This document shows, one piece after another, positions 58,951-64,000 of a stretch of 64,000 bases of DNA (positions are counted from its first letter, which is position 1; every line of letters begins with the position of its first letter). The notes under the pieces were generated by a model. That model did no database searches. It was not told the DNA's origin and was given only the letters and a program-made list of their open reading frames with translations. The translations under genes were made by a program, and so were the position numbers. The stretch is taken from contig CBDCRW010000007.1 in the NCBI GenBank assembly GCA_965221125.1, positions 736,001-800,000 on the forward strand. Reading direction: 5' to 3'. The stretch comes from Alphaproteobacteria bacterium (lineage in GTDB: Bacteria; Pseudomonadota; Alphaproteobacteria; UBA828).

Positions 58951-60890
58951 GACAGGTTTCGGTCCGCGCCGCCAACGAGCAAATCCGGGATTGGGGAGAG
59001 AAGGGCGAGGACGTCGAGGTCCTCAACCCCGACGCGCGTCATCATATCGGCGTCGGCCTGATTCATCCCGTGCGCGTGCACATCCGGGGGTCTGCGGGCT
59101 ACTTCTGCGCCGGCCTTGCCGACCAGGCGCGCTTCGAGATCGACAACAACGTGGGCTGGGGCCTCGGCGACAACATGTATGCCGGCACGGTGACGGTGCG
59201 CGGCAACGCGGGTGCGATCGCGGGCGTCGCAATCCGGGGCGCGGAGATCGTGGTGCACGGCAACGTGGGCTCACGCGCGGGCCAGGTCATGAAGGCGGGC
59301 ACGCTCTGCTGCGTCGGCAACGCCAACTTCATGGCGGGCTACATGATGTACGGCGGGCGGATCATCATCCTGGGCGAGTCCGGCGAGCGCGTGGGCGAGG
59401 ACATGGCGGCCGGCAACATCTACGTCGGCGGCGCGGTGCGCTCGCTCGGCTCCGACGCCGAGCTCACCGACATGGACGAGGCGGAGGCCGACGATATCCG
59501 CGCGTTCCTGGATCGTCACGAGATCGCCTACAAGGGCGGCTTCCAGAAAATCGTGAACGCGGGCAAGCGGCTGCGCTACGCGACCAGCGAGCAGCAGGTC
59601 CGCAGCATCCCCTTCTTCACCTTCTCCGGCACGTCGGACTACTGGAACCCGAAGGTGCAGGAGGACGTCTATATCAAGTCGCAGATCGGCCGGTACCGGG
59701 TGCGGGGCTATGGCGGCGCGCGCACGCTGCCGCACCTCTCGGACCTCGCTTTCAAGCGCGATCTCTCGAGCGCCGGCACGGCAGGCGATCCGGTGGCGGC
59801 CGTCGAGATGCGGACGGAGATCGGCGGGTTGAACGGGGCGAAGCCGCTCAAGCTCTCCATGCCGGTGATGATCGCGCCGATGAGCTACGGCGCGCTCTCG
59901 CGCTCCACCAAGCAGGCGGTGGGGATGGCGTCCAGCATGGCGGGGATCGCCGAGAACACCGGCGAGGGCGGCATGAGCGACGCCCAGCGGGGCGCGGCGG
60001 AGCAGCTGGTCTTCCAGTGCCTGGGCGGCCGGCTCGGCTGGAACATCCACGACATGAACCGGGCCGACGGGTTGGAGATCTACATCAGCCAGGGCGCGAA
60101 GCCGGGCTTCGGCGGCCAGCTCATGGCCAAGAAGGTCACCAAGGAGCTCGCGACCATCCGGGGCATTCCGGAGGGCATCGACCTGCGCTCCCCCTCGCGC
60201 CACCCGGACATCCTGGGCGCCGACGATCTGGTCATCAAGGTGGAGGAGTTCCGCGAGGCGACGGGCTACCGCATCCCGGTGAGCGTGAAGCTCGGCGCGG
60301 GCCGAGTAAGGGACGACATCAAGATCGCCTACAAGGACGGCTTCGACTTCGTCGAGCTGGACGGGATGCAGGGCTCCACCGGCGCAGGCGGCGCGGAGGT
60401 GATGGAGCACGTGGGCGTGCCCACCCTTGCCGCCATCACCCAGGCCATCGAGGCGCTGGAAGAGGTGGAAGGCCTCGGCAAGATGCAGCTCGTGCTGATG
60501 GGCGGCATCCGGGACGGGATCGACGCGGTGAAGGGCCTCTGCCTCGGCGCCGATGCGGTGGCGATGGGGACGGCGGTCATCATCGCCGGCGGCTGCATCG
60601 CCTGCATGCAGTGCCACGTGGGCCAGTGCGTGACCGGGATCGCGACGCAGGACCCCACGCACGAGCGCCGCTACAACCCGGTGGCGGAGGCCCGCAACAT
60701 CCACCGCTACCTGGAGGGCGTGCGCTGGCAGATGGCGGCGCTGACCCAGGCGATGGGCTACGGCAGCACCACCGATCTTAGCCGGGACGACCTGGTGGCC
60801 GTGACCCGCGACGCGGCGGAGATGACGGGTCTTCCCTACGCGCCGGAGTACCGCGAGCGCGAGCAGGCGCTCCGCCGCAGGATGGGCTGA
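58932..60890 (+). CDS. Fused GXGXG domain + FMN/Fe-S glutamate-synthase domain (MgsB-MgsC / GlxC-GlxD-like)
   Basis: N-terminal Gly-rich beta-helix repeats, then MSYGALS, NTGEGG, QGAKPG, LRSPSRH, VKL, GGIR, CIACMQCHVGQC..GIATQD. Confidence 0.88.
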   Translation: MVQIDLGQVSVRAANEQIRDWGEKGEDVEVLNPDARHHIGVGLIHPVRVHIRGSAGYFCAGLADQARFEIDNNVGWGLGDNMYAGTVTVRGNAGAIAGVAIRGAEIVVHGNVGSRAGQVMKAGTLCCVGNANFMAGYMMYGGRIIILGESGERVGEDMAAGNIYVGGAVRSLGSDAELTDMDEAEADDIRAFLDRHEIAYKGGFQKIVNAGKRLRYATSEQQVRSIPFFTFSGTSDYWNPKVQEDVYIKSQIGRYRVRGYGGARTLPHLSDLAFKRDLSSAGTAGDPVAAVEMRTEIGGLNGAKPLKLSMPVMIAPMSYGALSRSTKQAVGMASSMAGIAENTGEGGMSDAQRGAAEQLVFQCLGGRLGWNIHDMNRADGLEIYISQGAKPGFGGQLMAKKVTKELATIRGIPEGIDLRSPSRHPDILGADDLVIKVEEFREATGYRIPVSVKLGAGRVRDDIKIAYKDGFDFVELDGMQGSTGAGGAEVMEHVGVPTLAAITQAIEALEEVEGLGKMQLVLMGGIRDGIDAVKGLCLGADAVAMGTAVIIAGGCIACMQCHVGQCVTGIATQDPTHERRYNPVAEARNIHRYLEGVRWQMAALTQAMGYGSTTDLSRDDLVAVTRDAAEMTGLPYAPEYREREQALRRRMG

Positions 60891-60893
60891 GCC

Positions 60894-63413
60894 ATGGCGA
60901 TCCTGGAGGAGATGAAGGCCGGTGGGAACCTGCTCGCCGAGCTGCCTGACGACACGGAGGACGCGCACTTCGTGCCGGCTCCGTGCCAGATCGCCTGCCC
61001 GGTGGGGACGGATGCACCCTCCTACATCGCCTACATCTGGGAGCGGAAGTTCGAGGAGGCGTTCGAGGCGATCACGGCGACCAACCCGTTCAGCTCGATC
61101 TGCGGACGGGTGTGCGATGCGCCGTGCGAGCCCGCGTGCCGGCGCACGGATTCCGACGGCCCGGTGCAGATACGCAACCTCAAGCGCTTCGTCATGGACG
61201 AGGTGGGGCACGACTACGATCCGCCCCCGGTGCCGATCCGCCACGAGCAGAGCGTGGCTGTGGTGGGCTCCGGGCCTGCGGGCTTGACGGCGGCGCACGA
61301 GCTTTCGGTCGCGGGCTACAAGGTGCACGTCTACGAGATGACCGACCGCCTGGGCGGCATGATGATCTGGGGCATTCCGGCGTTCCGGCTGCCGCCCGGG
61401 ATCATCCAGGAGGATATCGACCGCATGACGCGGCGTTGCCCCGGCATGGAGGTGCACCTCAACACCGCGCTCGGGCGCGACGTGACGCTCGACGATCTCA
61501 AGGCGCGGCACGATGCCGTGATCCTCGCCATCGGCGCGTGGTGGGGCAAGAAGATGGGCATACCGGGCGAGGACGACACGCGCGTGATTGACGGCGTGCA
61601 ATTCCTCCGTGACGTGAACGAGGGCGCCCGGCCCGAGATGCCGGAGACGGTCGTGGTCGTGGGCGGCGGCGACGTGGCGATGGACGCCTGCCGCGTCGCG
61701 AAGCGCCTGCCCGGCTGCAAGCATGTGAAGGTGATCTACCGGCGCGGACCGGCGGAGATCCCCGCGCGCAAGATCGAGCTGGAAGGCGCGATCGAAGAGG
61801 GGATCGAGTTCGTCTACCACACGCAGCAGACCGCCATCGTGCCGCAGGGCAACGAGCTTGCCGTGCGCTGCGTGCAGACGACGCTGGGCGACCCGGACGA
61901 ATCCGGCCGGCGCGCGCCGGTGAACGTGCCGGGCACGGAGCACGACATCGCCTGCGGCATGATTATCGCTTCGGTGGGGCAGGAGGGTCTCTGCGAAGAC
62001 CTGAAGCAGCGGGGGATGATGCTGTCGGACCGCGTGCGGACCGCGTGGGACGACATGCGCACGAGCGATCCCAAGGTGTTCGCGGCCGGCGACGGGGCTT
62101 TCGGCGGGTCCACCATCGTCATGGCGATGAACCACGGCCAGCGGGTCGCCTACTACGTGAAGGCGTTCCTCGAGGGCCGCGCTGATCCGCTGCCCTACCG
62201 CACGCCGCACCGCACTCGGCGCGTGCCGGTGGCGCAGGACCTGGATTGGGAGCTGCTTCCGGTTCAGCACCCCGACTTCCTCGGCCTCGGCGACGATCCG
62301 GTGTCTTTCCCGGAGATCGAGACCACGTATGGCTGGGAGGCGGCGCGCAAGGAGGCGGCGCGGTGCTTCCGCTGCGACGCGGAGACCGGCTCGGCCGACT
62401 ACGCGGTGGGGCACCGCGAGGACATCTTCGTGATGGCCCGCACGGCGCCGGGGGATACCGCGGGCCAGCAGGCGATGCTGGAGAAGCGCCTGGGCGAGCG
62501 GGACGATCCCTTCCCGGACGAGCTTTCGGGCGTGCTGGACGATCTCGCCTTCCTGCCGGCGAACCTGTCGCGGCTGGTGATCGACCCCTACCGAGAGGCC
62601 TGCCGCATCGGCACCACGGTGGGCGGCACCGATCTCGCGCTGCCCTTCATGGTGACGGGATTCGACGATGCGCCGGTGGAAGTCCGCGCTGCGGTCGGGC
62701 GCGGCGTTGCGGAGGCGGACGCGAGCTACCTGGGAATGCAGCCCTTGGGCGACGGCGCGCGCTGGTTCCAGCTCGTGGTGCCGGGGCAGATTGCACCGAG
62801 CGCGGACGCGGCCGGGCTGATCCACGCCCTCGGCCACCGCTTCACGCCCGTCGAGGCGACCGCCGCGGCGGAGGGTCAGGTGCTCGGGCTTTCGGTTTCC
62901 TCGCCGGCGGTCCTGGAAGAAGCGATCCCCCATGCGCTCGACGCGGGCTTCGACATGCTGCTGCTGGATGGCAGCGCCGGCCTGGGCGCGCCCTGGGCCG
63001 AGCTGAGAGGCGCGCCCGATCTCACGATCCTGCGCGATGCCGTGGCGATCCTGCGGCGCCTCGACCGGGAGGAGGAGATCGACCTCGTCTACTTCGGCGG
63101 CGTGCGCTCGGGCACCGATGCGGCGAAGGTGATTGCACTCGGCACCGTCGCCGTGGTGCTGGGGGTGGCCGTGGGGCTTGCCGCCGGCGGCGCGATCACC
63201 GGCGCCCACGAGCTTGTGTTCTCGGCAGACCGCAGCGACGAGGACCGTACGGCAGGCACCGTCAACATCCTCAAGGCGACCGCCTCCGAGGCCTCGATGA
63301 TGGCGCGCTGCACCGGCAAGACCAACCTGCAGAACGTCGAGCCCGAAGACCTCCGCGCGCTCACCGTCGCGACCGCCACCGCAACCGGCATTCCTCTCGC
63401 AGGAACGCGGTAG
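60894..63413 (+). CDS. GltD/SudA-like Fe-S flavoprotein fused to a degenerate glutamate-synthase FMN barrel
   Basis: CQIACP, CGRVC..PCE.AC, GSGPAG, GIPAFRLP, GGGDVAMD, YRR, FAAGD, EAARCFRC; then LDDLAFLPANLSR..PYRE.C and FGGVRSGTDAAK.IALG. Confidence 0.85.
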   Translation: MAILEEMKAGGNLLAELPDDTEDAHFVPAPCQIACPVGTDAPSYIAYIWERKFEEAFEAITATNPFSSICGRVCDAPCEPACRRTDSDGPVQIRNLKRFVMDEVGHDYDPPPVPIRHEQSVAVVGSGPAGLTAAHELSVAGYKVHVYEMTDRLGGMMIWGIPAFRLPPGIIQEDIDRMTRRCPGMEVHLNTALGRDVTLDDLKARHDAVILAIGAWWGKKMGIPGEDDTRVIDGVQFLRDVNEGARPEMPETVVVVGGGDVAMDACRVAKRLPGCKHVKVIYRRGPAEIPARKIELEGAIEEGIEFVYHTQQTAIVPQGNELAVRCVQTTLGDPDESGRRAPVNVPGTEHDIACGMIIASVGQEGLCEDLKQRGMMLSDRVRTAWDDMRTSDPKVFAAGDGAFGGSTIVMAMNHGQRVAYYVKAFLEGRADPLPYRTPHRTRRVPVAQDLDWELLPVQHPDFLGLGDDPVSFPEIETTYGWEAARKEAARCFRCDAETGSADYAVGHREDIFVMARTAPGDTAGQQAMLEKRLGERDDPFPDELSGVLDDLAFLPANLSRLVIDPYREACRIGTTVGGTDLALPFMVTGFDDAPVEVRAAVGRGVAEADASYLGMQPLGDGARWFQLVVPGQIAPSADAAGLIHALGHRFTPVEATAAAEGQVLGLSVSSPAVLEEAIPHALDAGFDMLLLDGSAGLGAPWAELRGAPDLTILRDAVAILRRLDREEEIDLVYFGGVRSGTDAAKVIALGTVAVVLGVAVGLAAGGAITGAHELVFSADRSDEDRTAGTVNILKATASEASMMARCTGKTNLQNVEPEDLRALTVATATATGIPLAGTR

Positions 63414-63465
63414 AAGCGCGATGTCGGGCTGCCGCAGCATCCCGCGAATGGCATAGACTGAGCGA

Positions 63466-64000
63466 ATGCGCGTTCACCTGAACTACGGCCGGGGACAACG
63501 GGCGGTCGATCTGCCTGACGATCTCGACGTCACGGTGATCGCCAAGCAGGCGATGCCGCTGCTCGCCGACCCGGCGCAGGCGATGGCCGACGCACTGGCC
63601 GAGCCCGTGGGCTGCCTGCCGCTGGCGGCGGAAGCGGCCCGTGCGAAGCGCGTTTGCATCCTCATCTGCGACTTCACGCGGCCGGTCCCCAACGGCGTGA
63701 TCCTGCCCCCGCTCATCCGCACCCTGCTTGGCGCGAGGCTCAAGCCGGAGCAAATCACCGTGCTGGTGGCGACCGGGCTGCACCGGCCCAACGAGGGCGG
63801 CGAGCTTGCCGCCCTGGTCGGCGATCCCTGGGTGCTGGAGACGGTGACCGTCGCCAACCACTTCGCCCGAGAGGACGCCGACCACTTGCTGGTGGGCACG
63901 ACCGGGCGTGGCACGGTGGTGCGTCTCGACCGACGCTTCATGGAGGCTGATCTCCGCATCGCGACCGGCCTGGTGGAGCCGCATTTCATGGCCGGCTGGT
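63466..64000 (+). CDS. larA: LarA family nickel-pincer-dependent racemase/epimerase, 3'-truncated by window edge
   Basis: Hand translation from ATG 63466: MRVHLNYG, ICDFTRPVPN, VATGLHRP, NH, TGLVEPHFMAGW. Confidence 0.88.
   Translation, partial: MRVHLNYGRGQRAVDLPDDLDVTVIAKQAMPLLADPAQAMADALAEPVGCLPLAAEAARAKRVCILICDFTRPVPNGVILPPLIRTLLGARLKPEQITVLVATGLHRPNEGGELAALVGDPWVLETVTVANHFAREDADHLLVGTTGRGTVVRLDRRFMEADLRIATGLVEPHFMAGW

Noticed and set aside
59271-63440. 1389-aa antisense ORF (similarly 23693..25885, 13998..15692, 15729..17399, 54322..55803, 7195..8523)
   Set aside because: Shadow frames opposite well-supported genes. GC-rich codon bias suppresses antisense stops, and the translations have no recognisable motifs.

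Overview
High-GC (about 70% by eye), densely coding bacterial chromosome segment. It is most likely an alphaproteobacterium of Rhodospirillales type, inferred from the mutY<-/dciA-dsbA-smc-atpIBEF'F order with a split F0 operon and from a PTA-fused maeB. About 55 CDS are supported. Housekeeping genes (guaA, mutY, dciA, dsbA, smc, atp F0, maeB, mgtE) are interleaved with catabolic and transport genes. These include SDRs, amidohydrolases, hydantoinase A/B, PrpF, TcuA-like, a CoxL-like Mo enzyme, OCD-like, a TRAP system, an amide-type ABC system, 2OG dioxygenases and an LLM. Sel1, TPR and pentapeptide repeat proteins are also present. I found no rRNA, complete tRNA, CRISPR array, integrase, transposase or dedicated transcription factor. 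Main points of interest: (1) a re-modularised N-methylglutamate-synthase/GOGAT-like operon, with a GXGXG-FMN fusion and a GltD-like flavoprotein fused to a second, degenerate FMN barrel, followed by larA and divergent from an amide-uptake/catabolic operon; (2) a ~0.9 kb low-GC insert encoding an RxxxxH (HEPN-like) protein, bordered by a degenerate tmRNA/tRNA 3'-end att-like scar; (3) an orphan DPQY-type DNA methyltransferase inside the dciA-dsbA-smc operon; (4) an AtpF with an apparently duplicated membrane anchor; (5) a leaderless, operator-covered vapBC promoter; (6) several enzymes with substituted catalytic residues. All calls come from motif reading by eye; no database searches were run.
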